A stretch of 64,000 nucleotides of DNA. Origin: a virus. Position numbers and translations under genes: made by a program. The notes beneath the pieces are model-generated. The model did no database searches. It had not been told where the DNA came from and saw only the letters and a list, made by a program, of their open reading frames with translations. Shown piece after piece: positions 18,195 through 27,374 of this stretch. The first letter of the stretch is position 1; each line of letters opens with the position of its first letter. The stretch lies in IMG/VR virus record IMGVR_UViG_3300048926_000477. One strand, 5' to 3'.

Positions 18195-18592
18195 CGCCCG
18201 GGCCCTCCGAAGCCGTCCCCGCCGACCAGCTGGTCGAGTCGGTCAGGGAGGATCTCGTACGCGAGCTTCGTCCCCTCGCCGAACATCGCTTGCATCCACA
18301 TCTCCTCCGTGAAGGAGCCTGCAGCGCCGGCGGGCGCGTTGAGCATGAAGTCGAGTGCGGCCTTGACGCTCTCGAGTCGCTCGACGTTCTCGGGACGGAT
18401 GACGACGCTCTCGGTGTAGAAGGGCGCGGGCTCGCCGAAGCACAGCATCCGGCCAGGAGAACCGGGCACCGCCGGGACCACCTGCACCAGGTAGGGCAGG
18501 CCGAGCTCCGCCTTCGCCTGGCGCAGCACGGTCTCCTGCGCCGCCGTCAGTGGGTACGGGTGGACGGGGAGGGGGCGAACGTCGGCGCTCAT
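18191..18592 (-). CDS. hypothetical protein
   Basis: 133 aa from ATG 18592 (MSADVRPLPVHPYPL); ATGA overlap with the upstream gene. Confidence 0.4.
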   Translation of the reverse strand: MSADVRPLPVHPYPLTAAQETVLRQAKAELGLPYLVQVVPAVPGSPGRMLCFGEPAPFYTESVVIRPENVERLESVKAALDFMLNAPAGAAGSFTEEMWMQAMFGEGTKLAYEILPDRLDQLVGGDGFGGPGR

Positions 18593-18984
18593 GCTGCAGC
18601 TCCTTCGCTGGCGCGGCGCACGCGCCACTTGACACTGGACCAGGGCTGACCGAGGAGGCGGGCGAGGAAGCCGCTGCTGGTGCCCTGCTTGACGATGTGC
18701 GCGGTCAGGCGCGGGTTGGTCTCCCGCGCATCCTTCAGCGCGAACTCCTCGAGGATGAGCTCGAGAGTGTCGGGGTTGAAGCGGCCGCCGGTGTGGTCGG
18801 TCTTGTCGAACCTCTGACGGGCGTAGTGCTTCGAGACGCCGGCGATCTGGGTGATGTGCATGATCGACCACACGCCGTGCTCGACCAAGAGCTTCACGGC
18901 CTCGTCGCGCTGGAACTCGTCGAAGCCCGCGTTGCGCCTGTAGATGTCCAGGGCCTCCCGGACAGCCTTTCGGTTGTCAGCCAT
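18589..18984 (-). CDS. HTH DNA-binding protein
   Basis: 131 aa; MHITQIAGVSKHYARQRF is a helix-turn-helix. Confidence 0.45.
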   Translation of the reverse strand: MADNRKAVREALDIYRRNAGFDEFQRDEAVKLLVEHGVWSIMHITQIAGVSKHYARQRFDKTDHTGGRFNPDTLELILEEFALKDARETNPRLTAHIVKQGTSSGFLARLLGQPWSSVKWRVRRASEGAAA

Positions 18985-21598
18985 TGGTGGTCACTCCTTT
19001 GAGTCGGACGACATCGACGCCGCCTTCGGTCTTCCTGTCCACGCGACCCTGCGCGACGAGTTCTTGGATGAGGTCTTCGACTTCCCTGCGCCTGTTTTTG
19101 AACCTCGGGAGCCTGTGAATGGCGGCGAGGGGCATGAATCCGCCGGAGCCGATGACGGCCTGCTCGATCGCGTTCACCTCTCGGGTGCGAAGGGACTCGT
19201 CTGTCCACTCCACGAGGAGCATGATGTTGGTCGCCCACTCCTCCGCCTGCTCGATCGCGACGAGCATGTCGTCCATCGTGATGTTGAGGCGCCCCTCGCT
19301 GAGTGCGACGAGGGCGGCGCAGCGCATGGTGGTTTCCCGGAGGCGGCGGAAGGTCGGCTTAAGGCGGTCGACGTAGTGGGGCCTGCTGTTGGCCAGGGAG
19401 GTCAGCGCGCGCTTGAACTCGCCGTGACGGGCAATGACCTCGCGCGGGATGACCATGCGGTTCGGCTCGAGGGAGTCGGGGCGCGAGACGCGCTGCAGCG
19501 CGCTGGCGAACTCGCTGGCCCACTGCTGATACATCATCGAGCCGGATGCGACCGCTTCGGTGTCCTGGTCGAGCTCGCTGGCGTCGAGGTAGTCATCGTC
19601 GTCATCGTCCTCTGTGGGAAGCTCGCCAATCGCCCAGACGAAGCGGTTGAGGAAGCCGGACTCCCAGTCTTCCGGCGCCATCACATCGGTCATGCCGCGG
19701 GGCGTCCCCATGAAGTGCGCCGTCATGAACGCGCGCGCGCTCTTGCCCGAGATGTCCTTCTTCGTGGCTCGGTAGACCGCGCCCACGTCGCCGTCATAGA
19801 CATCGGTGATGATGCCGGGCATCTCCGAGTAGGGGCCCTGGATCTTCTTCCAGACCTGGATCTTGGTGTGCGCCTCGTCCATGTGGAACCACGTTGGTTT
19901 GCGGTCCTTGGCGATCAGGGTCTCGACGAGCGACTCGGGCGTGTGGTTGCCGCCGATGTCGGGGGTCTCCTCGAGGAGGAAGTAGGCCTTGAAGATGTGC
20001 TTGGCGACCCGCAGGGCCTCGGTCTTGCCGGAGCCGGTGGTACCGACGATGCCTTGGTAGAGGTTCAGGGGGCGGTCATTCTGGCCGGGGCGCGGGAGGA
20101 CCGCGGCGGGGCTGAAGATGACGGACAGCACGGTCCACCGGTTCATGCGGTAGTAGGGCAGGTTCACGGTGTCGAACGTCAGCCGCGCCCAGTCGATCAT
20201 CCGGCTGCCGAACCAGTCGGCGGCCAGCGCGCGTGAGCGCTCAGCCTCCGTCATGAAGCTGACTCGCTCAGGGCCGGCGTAGTTCGGGCGCTCGTCGGCG
20301 GGTGCTGCGGCCACGGTGTCACCGGTGGAGGTTGCAGCCTCGCCGCGTGCCGCCTCGAGCTCACGCCAAAGCTGCTCGTAGGTGATGCACTTCGAATGCT
20401 CGTCGACGTACTGGATGCCGTCGAAGGTGATGCCAGCGAGGCGCGCTGCCGCGGAGTGCCAGACGATCGTCGCGGCCTCCTGGTCGGTGAAGCCCGATGC
20501 CAGGAGCGCCGCGAGCAGCTGACGCCTTCTCCCCCACAGGGCGGCGTCCGTGCCCGCATCGGGGCGCGTCGACCACACCTGATAGAACATCTCCGATCCG
20601 ATCGAAGGGAAGCCCTTGTCGAGCGGGAAGCCGTTCCAGGGAAGGAGCTCTGGGAGGTCGGGCTCCGGCGGCGCCTCGTACTGCCCAGCCGTCTGCTTCT
20701 GCGCGGACTCCCACTGCTCGACGATCTTGTCGGTGCCCCAGGATGGGTAGGTGGGCACGTACTCGAGGAGCAGCTGGAGCGCCTGGTCGTCGTTCAGTGC
20801 GTAAGCGTTCGAGCGCGCGATCCGGGCGAGCCAGCATGCGGCCGCGAAGACGGTGTCGTGCCAGCCGGCGCCGGGAGCCCAGACCTCAGGGAGTCCCTGC
20901 AGGTTCGACACGATCGCGCGCAGCTTGCGCGCCTCCGTCGACGAGGCTACGTCCGGGATGTCACCGTCCCACTGCTGGCTCTGGTGCTCGTGCGAGTTGG
21001 GGTCGACGCGGAGGTAGTCGATCCACGCCTGCGGCAGGTACTCGAGGTCCGTGATGTGCGGCGGCTCTGTCATCGGCTCGCCGTCGGCGTCATACCAGAC
21101 GTACATCGCGCCGTCAGCGTCTGGGTTCACCGAAGGTGCTACCAGCGAGTACCGGTGACGGTACTGGATCACGTCGATGTCGGGCGCGGCCTTGCCGTCC
21201 AGGTCGACCGGCTCCGGGAGCAGGAAGAAGTGCTGTCGGCTCGGGCTGTCGGCGCCACGGCAGGTCGACGAGGGCGTGGCCGGCAGAGGGCCGAGCTTCG
21301 CCTCCAGCTCGGCGAGCTGCTCGGCGCCGTGCTTCGTGCCATAGTCGTCCACGTCGATGCGGACCTCGAGCGGGCCTGCGCGGAGGGCGGTGTTGGCGGT
21401 GCTCGGATCTTGCGTGTGCCATTCGTCAGTCTCGCGGTCGTACCAGCGGAAGCCGCTCTTGACCCACTCTGCGACCTTCTCGGGAGTGACGCTGCCCTGT
21501 GCGCCCGTCGCTCCGGCGGGGACCGGGCGCTTGCCCTTCACCGGGATGGGCAGGAACCCTCGCTCGAGGTAGAAGGGGGCGACGCTGGAGTACGTCAT
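18977..21598 (-). CDS. bifunctional primase-polymerase (PrimPol N-terminal domain) fused to a P-loop SF3/D5-type helicase
   Basis: 873 aa; N-terminal FLPIPVKGKRP is primpol-like; Walker A GIVGTTGSGKTEALRVAK in the C-terminal half. Confidence 0.65.
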   Translation of the reverse strand: MTYSSVAPFYLERGFLPIPVKGKRPVPAGATGAQGSVTPEKVAEWVKSGFRWYDRETDEWHTQDPSTANTALRAGPLEVRIDVDDYGTKHGAEQLAELEAKLGPLPATPSSTCRGADSPSRQHFFLLPEPVDLDGKAAPDIDVIQYRHRYSLVAPSVNPDADGAMYVWYDADGEPMTEPPHITDLEYLPQAWIDYLRVDPNSHEHQSQQWDGDIPDVASSTEARKLRAIVSNLQGLPEVWAPGAGWHDTVFAAACWLARIARSNAYALNDDQALQLLLEYVPTYPSWGTDKIVEQWESAQKQTAGQYEAPPEPDLPELLPWNGFPLDKGFPSIGSEMFYQVWSTRPDAGTDAALWGRRRQLLAALLASGFTDQEAATIVWHSAAARLAGITFDGIQYVDEHSKCITYEQLWRELEAARGEAATSTGDTVAAAPADERPNYAGPERVSFMTEAERSRALAADWFGSRMIDWARLTFDTVNLPYYRMNRWTVLSVIFSPAAVLPRPGQNDRPLNLYQGIVGTTGSGKTEALRVAKHIFKAYFLLEETPDIGGNHTPESLVETLIAKDRKPTWFHMDEAHTKIQVWKKIQGPYSEMPGIITDVYDGDVGAVYRATKKDISGKSARAFMTAHFMGTPRGMTDVMAPEDWESGFLNRFVWAIGELPTEDDDDDDYLDASELDQDTEAVASGSMMYQQWASEFASALQRVSRPDSLEPNRMVIPREVIARHGEFKRALTSLANSRPHYVDRLKPTFRRLRETTMRCAALVALSEGRLNITMDDMLVAIEQAEEWATNIMLLVEWTDESLRTREVNAIEQAVIGSGGFMPLAAIHRLPRFKNRRREVEDLIQELVAQGRVDRKTEGGVDVVRLKGVTTNG

Positions 21599-21661
21599 GC
21601 GAGCGTCGTCTTCTGGTACTGCAAGAGGGTCGCGCTCCTTGTCGATTAGCTGGATATCTGC

Positions 21662-21737
21662 TGGCTCCCCGGGCAGGACTCGAACCTGCGACCAACGGCT
21701 TAACAGGCCGCCGCTCTGCCAACTGAGCTACCGGGGA
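21662..21737 (-). tRNA. tRNA-Asn (anticodon GTT), CCA encoded
   Basis: Manual fold: acceptor tccccgg/ccgggga, D arm gctc-agttggca-gagc, anticodon stem gcggc/gccgt with loop ctGTTaa, T arm gcagg-ttcgagt-cctgc, discriminator g, CCA; 76 nt. Confidence 0.7.
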
Positions 21738-21771
21738 ATGTGGGCGGGGAGGGGGGCTCCCCGCCCGGGTC

Positions 21772-21924
21772 TTACTCGGCCGTGAACTCCACCTCGTCGA
21801 GCGCCGTGAGGTACTCGAGGGCTTCATCCTGGCCTTCGGCGGTCAGGCCGCTCTCGTGGTCGGGATCGAAGTGGTCGTCGATGTCCGGGGTGTAGTAGCC
21901 CGTGACCTTGATCCGGCCAGCCAT
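21772..21924 (-). CDS. small acidic hypothetical protein
   Basis: 50 aa from ATG 21924 (MAGRIKVTGYYTPDIDDHF...); the longer ORF-track version lacks support. Confidence 0.3.
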   Translation of the reverse strand: MAGRIKVTGYYTPDIDDHFDPDHESGLTAEGQDEALEYLTALDEVEFTAE

Positions 21925-22721
21925 CAGAAGCCCGTCCCCGGCGCCGCAGCGGCCTGCTGCAGGTTCGAGTTGGCGGCGGGCTGCGCCCAGCTGGGCGCCG
22001 GCGTGCCGGCCGGGGCGGCACCACCCGGGGCCTGCGCCCACGTCGGCTGCGGCGCGCTGGCCTGAGCTCCGGCCGCCGGCGCGGCCTCGCCGGTCAGCTC
22101 GGCGATGTACGCCTTCGCCTCGTCGGAGGTGAACGGGTACTCGAGGATCAGATCGTTCGACGGCGTGAGCCAGGGCGCGACCGACTCACCCTCCTTGCGG
22201 CGGGGCGTCGTCTGCGGATCGCCGGCCTTGTTGAAGAAGTTCACCTCGTTGGAGCCGAGCGGGTTCCACTTGTCGGGTTCGATCGGGTCCGAGATGGTGC
22301 CGCCGAGGCGCTTGCCCATCATCTCGTTCACCTCGAGGAGCTTGCCTGCGACGAGGTCCTCCTCGCTCACGCCGATCGCGCCCCAGAAGTCGAAGTAGTT
22401 CTTGGCGGGCTTCCCCTTCGGTGCGCCATCCTTCGGCGCGAAGCGGGTGAAGAGGGGGATGCGCACCTGGAAGTACCGCTTGGCACCGGTCGGCGAGTCG
22501 TCGATGACCTGCAGCGCGACGCGCAGCACCTTCTTCTTGCCGTTGGGGCCGGCGCCGCCGAAGTCGGCCACCTCGACGCGCTTGTTGGGGTCGTCCTTCT
22601 TGAGGGGGACGATGACGAACTGGTACTCGCCCCTGGGCAGCGGCGGGAACTTGCCGTTGCCGGTCTGGGACTCGGCCAGCGCCTCGGCGGCGTACTGGTC
22701 CGTTTCGACTGCGAATGACAT
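21924..22721 (-). CDS. DUF669-like protein (putative ssDNA-binding partner of the AAA_24 ATPase)
   Basis: 265 aa; sits immediately downstream of the AAA_24 gene as in phage Sak4-type modules; C-terminal Ala/Pro/Gln-rich tail; SD agagagga. Confidence 0.4.
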   Translation of the reverse strand: MSFAVETDQYAAEALAESQTGNGKFPPLPRGEYQFVIVPLKKDDPNKRVEVADFGGAGPNGKKKVLRVALQVIDDSPTGAKRYFQVRIPLFTRFAPKDGAPKGKPAKNYFDFWGAIGVSEEDLVAGKLLEVNEMMGKRLGGTISDPIEPDKWNPLGSNEVNFFNKAGDPQTTPRRKEGESVAPWLTPSNDLILEYPFTSDEAKAYIAELTGEAAPAAGAQASAPQPTWAQAPGGAAPAGTPAPSWAQPAANSNLQQAAAAPGTGF

Positions 22722-22735
22722 GGAGTTGTCCTCTC

Positions 22736-23596
22736 TTAGGCCGCGGCCGCGGCGGGGGTGGTGAAGATGGATGCCGGGGGTGCGGCGGGAGTGGCGCTCG
22801 GGGTCGCGAGGTGCTCGTCGAGCTTCGCGTACAGGTCGAGCAGGGAGAAGTCGGTCATCCGGTTCTCGAGGAACTTGGAGTACCGGTTCTTGGTCACGTG
22901 GATGTCGGACTCGCCGAGGTTGGCGACCAGCTCCGTCTCATCGGACTCCCCCTTCTTCTGGAAGGAGAGGTGCGCGACGATCGAGGGAACGCTGGCGATC
23001 GAGTCCTTTGCGCCACCCTGGAGCTTGGGCACGAGCGAGACCGAGCCGGTCTCCTCGGTGGCGACGCGCTCGTGCAGGACGAAGATCGGTGTGATGTGCG
23101 GGGCACTGTGCAGCGCGCGGACGATGCGCATGGTCTCCTGGCCGACGATGCCCCACGCGGCCTGCGTGTCGATCTTGCCCTGCGAGTTGGTCGTGGTCGC
23201 CAACAGGTACTTGACCATCACTTCCTGGAACACGTTGAGCGTGTCGACGAGAACGAACTCGAAGCCGTAGTCGTTCACGGCCAGGTCATCGAGGATGGCC
23301 AGCGTGTTCCCATAGGCGTTGGCCGCGGTGGGGTTCACGTTGTTCGACTCGATGACGAGGCGACCCTCCCGGCGAGCCTGCAGGATCTCGTCGTCGTTGA
23401 TGACGGACTCGGCGCCCTGGTCGATGTCCAGGAGCAGCACGCGGGGCTTGTTCGGCCGCTTGACCAGCTCGGCAGCCAGGCTGGTCTTGCGGGTGCCGGG
23501 GCGGCCGTAGAGCAGGATGCTCTTGGGGTAGCCGAAGCTGTCGGTCTCGCCGGCGACGGCGGAGAGCCACGGAGGAGTGGCGAAGGTGGTGTCCAT
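22736..23596 (-). CDS. AAA_24 family RecA-like ATPase (Sak4-like recombination protein)
   Basis: 286 aa; Walker A ILLYGRPGTRKTSL; Walker B-like VLLLDIDQG. Confidence 0.6.
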   Translation of the reverse strand: MDTTFATPPWLSAVAGETDSFGYPKSILLYGRPGTRKTSLAAELVKRPNKPRVLLLDIDQGAESVINDDEILQARREGRLVIESNNVNPTAANAYGNTLAILDDLAVNDYGFEFVLVDTLNVFQEVMVKYLLATTTNSQGKIDTQAAWGIVGQETMRIVRALHSAPHITPIFVLHERVATEETGSVSLVPKLQGGAKDSIASVPSIVAHLSFQKKGESDETELVANLGESDIHVTKNRYSKFLENRMTDFSLLDLYAKLDEHLATPSATPAAPPASIFTTPAAAAA

Positions 23597-23652
23597 TTCT
23601 GTTCCTCTCTCGAACTGAAGTGTAGGTGGCGATTAGCTAGATAAGGCGGGGT

Positions 23653-24639
23653 TCAGGCGCCGACGGGCGGCGCAACCTCGATGTCGGGGATCTCGAGCCG
23701 CTCCTGCTCGAACGAGCAGGCGTAGCAGTCGGGGTGGCTGGCGAAGTCCACGAATGCGGCGCCGGCCTCGAGGCGGGCGTACGTGTCCGCGCCGCGGGCG
23801 ATGAGCGCCAGCGCGTAGTCGTGGTTGTAGTCGAACGACAGCATCCAGACATCGCGGTTCTTCGTAGGGTCGTCGTAGCCGGCGGCGCCCGGGTCGTCGA
23901 AGTACCCGTTGCCGTCGCGGTTCAACCACGCGATGGTCCCACGGTGAGCGGGGCGGCCCTCGAGGAAGCGAGCGTGCATGTAGAGGGTCTGCTGGCCGAA
24001 GTAGCCGTCCATCTTGTAGACCATCTTGGCCATCTCAGCCTCGAACTGAGTGTGAGAGAGGCTCGCGACGGCATCGCCGCCGAGGTTCAGCTTGTAGCCG
24101 CCTCGGTAGGCCTTCGTGTCCTTCTGCTTCGCCCAGCGGCGCTCGGGGAGCCCTCGCTTCTCAGCGAGGAAGTCCTGGAGCAGAGCGCTCTTCTTGCGTG
24201 TCGACCCCTTCAGGTCGACGATCTGCCACGGCAGGTCGATGTCGATCGTTCCGTACACCGGGCCATAGCCGGGGATCTCGCAGATCAGCACCCGGCGCTC
24301 GGAGCGCGTGCCGTGCGGCAGGCCGAAGGTGGCCTGGACGATGCGGGCGAACGCCTCACGCTCCTCCGGGCTCAGTTCGGTTTCGCCCTGCCAGGCGTTC
24401 ACCTCGTTAATGCGGGACTCGATGAGTCCGTGCACCGCAGTCCCCCACTCTGCGCCGAACCACGGCCGGTCGGCCTGGGGGCTGGTTCGTTCGATGCCGC
24501 GCATCTTCATGGCGAGGCACCGGTCACAGCGATCGCAGAGATCGCTCGCACCGATTCTGGTCTGCAGCGTGCGCTCCGAAGGCTTGCGGAGCAGCTGCAC
24601 CAGCGAGTACCGGAGCTCGTCGTCGCTCAGGATGTTCAT
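23653..24639 (-). CDS. PD-(D/E)xK exonuclease with a C-terminal Cys cluster (Cas4 / RecB-nuclease-like)
   Basis: Motif IDIDLPWQIVDLKGSTRKK (D...D/ExK); C-terminal HPDCYACSF cysteines; ATG 24639 preferred over GTG 24651 on SD spacing. Confidence 0.55.
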   Translation of the reverse strand: MNILSDDELRYSLVQLLRKPSERTLQTRIGASDLCDRCDRCLAMKMRGIERTSPQADRPWFGAEWGTAVHGLIESRINEVNAWQGETELSPEEREAFARIVQATFGLPHGTRSERRVLICEIPGYGPVYGTIDIDLPWQIVDLKGSTRKKSALLQDFLAEKRGLPERRWAKQKDTKAYRGGYKLNLGGDAVASLSHTQFEAEMAKMVYKMDGYFGQQTLYMHARFLEGRPAHRGTIAWLNRDGNGYFDDPGAAGYDDPTKNRDVWMLSFDYNHDYALALIARGADTYARLEAGAAFVDFASHPDCYACSFEQERLEIPDIEVAPPVGA

Positions 24640-24761
24640 CGTGCTGCCCACCTCCTCACCTTGTACGGGTCGCGGCCCTTACGGGCGCTGGTCGGTTCAG
24701 TGCGGATCGGGCGCTTGGCGCCCTGCTCCTGCCTCCTTGGGAGACCACCTGCTCGTCGCAT
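24636..24761 (-). CDS. very basic 41-aa protein (MRRAGGLPRRQEQGAKRPIRTEPTSARKGRDPYKVRRWAAR)
   Basis: SD aaggag 5 nt before ATG 24761; stop overlaps the exonuclease ATG (ATGA); not in the ORF track. Confidence 0.35.
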   Translation of the reverse strand: MRRAGGLPRRQEQGAKRPIRTEPTSARKGRDPYKVRRWAAR

Positions 24762-24867
24762 CTTTTCTCCTTCGTTTCGTGATCTTCGCCCTGCGGCGAT
24801 GACTCAACGATAGCCGTATTTAGCTAGCTAATTCAAGATGCGAGCACCGCTTAATTTGCGGCAGTTT

Positions 24868-25158
24868 CTATGCAGTGTGCCCCAGCTTCTCGAGCCAGTG
24901 GCGCTGCTTCCCCTTGTCCCAGGCGATGCCACCCTTGACTCCCCAGGCGGGCTTGTCGACGAGCGCCGAGCGCCGGCAGATATCCAGCAAAGGGCAGCCG
25001 GAGCACAGGGCCTTCGCCTCCTCTTCACCCGGCGGCTTGTCGTAGTCAACGTACAGGTCGAAGCGCTCGACACACTTCGGCTGCGGCTGCTTAGGATCCT
25101 TCTCGGCGAGGGCAAGCGCGACGCGAAGCTCGAAGGTGTCGCCGCGGTTGGTCCTCAC
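24868..25158 (-). CDS. whiB: WhiB-family transcriptional regulator
   Basis: 96 aa; Cys pattern C-x(n)-CSGCPLLDIC followed by a GVKGG turn and a basic tail, typical of WhiB. Confidence 0.65.
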   Translation of the reverse strand: MRTNRGDTFELRVALALAEKDPKQPQPKCVERFDLYVDYDKPPGEEEAKALCSGCPLLDICRRSALVDKPAWGVKGGIAWDKGKQRHWLEKLGHTA

Positions 25159-25391
25159 AGCGCAGCCTCGAGCGTGCGGCGAGCGGACTCCACCGCATCC
25201 CGCAACTGCGAGGGCTCGGCAAACTCGCCGTTGTCGAGCATGCCGATCGCATCACGCACCGCCTGGGTGCGCGCCTGCTCAGCCTCGTGGGCCTTGAAGG
25301 ATGCGATGGCTTGCTCGTCGGTCTGCCCATAGCAGTCGCTCTCGCGGAATCGCAGGAAGCGTCGGATGATGTCGGTCGGGTCGTTCCCCAT
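25155..25391 (-). CDS. hypothetical protein
   Basis: 78 aa; ATGA-type overlap with the upstream gene. Confidence 0.4.
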   Translation of the reverse strand: MGNDPTDIIRRFLRFRESDCYGQTDEQAIASFKAHEAEQARTQAVRDAIGMLDNGEFAEPSQLRDAVESARRTLEAAL

Positions 25392-25445
25392 GGTGCCCTC
25401 TCTCGGCTGGAGCCGCGCAGTCTAGCTGCGAGGGCGCCAAGGGCG

Positions 25446-25871
25446 CTAGAGGACTCGACGGCCGTTCTTCGGTGCGAACTCTCGATGCAACTCCAGAAGC
25501 CTCTCCGACGCCGCGATCTGCTTCCACACCGGGTTCCACTCGGCACTGAAGTTGGACCTGACCTCAAGCCTTCGCAGTCTCCTGCGCACCGCGTTGGCGC
25601 TGAAGGGGTGCAGATCTTCGGCGATCCACGTGGCCGGCAGCCCTTCCTTCCCTAGCTCCGCGAGGCGTTTGAGCGTCTGCTCACCCATCGGCTTCGACAC
25701 CGCACCACTGCGCCTGCCGCGACGATGCAGTCGCTTCTGGAGCGTGTCGGATGTCCATGGCGTCCCCCGGCGGGTCTTGTGGCCGGCGAGGTTGAGTGCA
25801 TACGCGGCCTCGCGGTAGCTACTGGTCGACCTGACGGCTTCGTCAATCGCCTGATCGAGATCTGTCACCAC
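25446..25871 (-). CDS. DNA-binding protein with two HTH-like segments
   Basis: GTG start overlapping the upstream stop (GTGA); SYREAAYALNLAGHKTRRGTPWTSDTLQKRL and TLKRLAELGKEGLPATWIAEDL are HTH-like; too short to be a recombinase. Confidence 0.4.
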   Translation of the reverse strand: MVTDLDQAIDEAVRSTSSYREAAYALNLAGHKTRRGTPWTSDTLQKRLHRRGRRSGAVSKPMGEQTLKRLAELGKEGLPATWIAEDLHPFSANAVRRRLRRLEVRSNFSAEWNPVWKQIAASERLLELHREFAPKNGRRVL

Positions 25872-26212
25872 TCCCCTCCCTCCCGCCTGTTGCATCCCGG
25901 GGATGCGGCCATCGCGCGCATCCGCTCTGCCGACCGGGTGACGCCGTTGAGCATCACCCGCGACAGCTCCGGCAGATCGCTCACACGGGCCACGTCGTGC
26001 AGGGCGCATTCGTCCGCACGCGCCTCGCGTTCGATCCGGTCAGCCGCTTCGCGCAGCGCTTCTGCCCGCACCTGCGCAAACCACCGGTCGTACTCGCGGC
26101 CGCGCTCGTAGTAGACGCTCTTAAAGTCGATACCGTCGTCGGCCTGCTGGTAGGACTCCCGTACTTCGTCGTTGCTGGGGGTGTACGTTCGCAGCGATCG
26201 CTGGCCGCTCAT
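25865..26212 (-). CDS. hypothetical protein
   Basis: 115 aa, charged. Confidence 0.4.
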   Translation of the reverse strand: MSGQRSLRTYTPSNDEVRESYQQADDGIDFKSVYYERGREYDRWFAQVRAEALREAADRIEREARADECALHDVARVSDLPELSRVMLNGVTRSAERMRAMAASPGCNRREGGEW

Positions 26213-26460
26213 CGCTCCTCCGATCCGTTCAGGCCATGCTTGTCGGTGACGTGCTGAGACATCCGCTTCACGGTCTTACCTCGGCTGCCGTAGTCGCTCT
26301 CGTACCCGCACAGGTGGCAGTAGCCCTTGTACTCCCCGCCGAACTGCGAGTAGCGGATGCCGAAGTATCGGAACGACGGGCGGCGTGCGGGGCGACGGGG
26401 AAGGCGCACGGCCTCGTCCTCCATCTGCTCGCTCAGCGCTGCACCCTCGGTGTCGCTCAT
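26209..26460 (-). CDS. hypothetical protein (Cys/His-containing)
   Basis: 83 aa; contains CHLCGYESDYGSRGKTV. Confidence 0.4.
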   Translation of the reverse strand: MSDTEGAALSEQMEDEAVRLPRRPARRPSFRYFGIRYSQFGGEYKGYCHLCGYESDYGSRGKTVKRMSQHVTDKHGLNGSEER

Positions 26461-26666
26461 CCCTGCTCACCCCCGGAGTGATATGGGCAAAGGTCGCGCC
26501 CATTCCGATAGACCCAGCCCGCTGCCCTGCCACCGTCCCGAGCGGCCTTCACGGTGGGGGTGTCTCCGATCGCACCGCCGCCCATGCCGTCGTGCCACTC
26601 GACGCACCCGGAACCGTCATCTTCGATACCGTCACACCAGATGGTGACCGCCTTCGTGTAGCTCAT
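26457..26666 (-). CDS. hypothetical small Cys-rich protein
   Basis: 69 aa; contains WCDG...GCVEWHDG...CPYH. Confidence 0.4.
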   Translation of the reverse strand: MSYTKAVTIWCDGIEDDGSGCVEWHDGMGGGAIGDTPTVKAARDGGRAAGWVYRNGRDLCPYHSGGEQG

Positions 26667-27370
26667 CCCTGCTCACCCCCGGCCGTATCGCGCCACCGAC
26701 GATCCGCGCTGGCGTGCAGCGGCTCTGGGTGGCCTTCAGCACCCCAGCATCGGCTGAAGCCGCGGCTCGAGGTGCACCATGCCTCCCCGTCCTTGCGCGG
26801 CCGCGGAGTGTCACGCGGGTTCTCGCTCACGCTCCACTCCCCAACCCGAGCAGCAGCCTCCACGGGCTCCGGCGCTCCCGCCTTCTTGCGACGCAGCAGC
26901 ACGACGATCGGGTCGTGTGAATACTGCCCGAGGTCGTGCTCCGCCACTTCACGGAAGCGATACCAATCACCGAGCGGGAACCACTGGCCGCTGGAGCCCT
27001 GGTAGCCGACTGCGTACTCCCACTGCTCCTCGGTGGGCGGGGACGGGCGACGGGTGCTCATCCAGGCGAGGATGCGGTCAGCCGCGTCGAAGTAACCCGA
27101 CAGGTGCTCGACACCCTCGGATGTTGCGATACCCCACTCGCGATCGTCCAGGCCGGTCAGAATCTTCGCGACTGCTTCGCGGTCGTCGGTGGTGGGCGTC
27201 TCCCCCTCGAGCGCATACGCGCCGCCGGCGATGAAGGCGAGCCGAGCCGTCTCCTCGTAGCCGTAGGGGTCGGACTCCGCCTCTCCGGTCTCGCCGAAGG
27301 GGTCGTCGACGATGTGGTTGTGCGGGTGGCGGCGCTGTGCCTCAGCGATGATCTCGTCGTGTGTGCGCAT
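26663..27370 (-). CDS. hypothetical protein
   Basis: 235 aa, acidic. Confidence 0.4.
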   Translation of the reverse strand: MRTHDEIIAEAQRRHPHNHIVDDPFGETGEAESDPYGYEETARLAFIAGGAYALEGETPTTDDREAVAKILTGLDDREWGIATSEGVEHLSGYFDAADRILAWMSTRRPSPPTEEQWEYAVGYQGSSGQWFPLGDWYRFREVAEHDLGQYSHDPIVVLLRRKKAGAPEPVEAAARVGEWSVSENPRDTPRPRKDGEAWCTSSRGFSRCWGAEGHPEPLHASADRRWRDTAGGEQG

Positions 27371-27374
27371 CTTG

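Noticed and set aside
21662-21737. tRNA-Asn as a possible prophage attachment site
   Set aside because: It lies internal to the leftward operon with phage genes on both sides, and no integrase is present.
25446-25871. Possible recombinase or integrase suggested by the HTH resemblance to serine-recombinase C-termini
   Set aside because: Only ~140 aa with no catalytic domain; judged to be a DNA-binding protein only.
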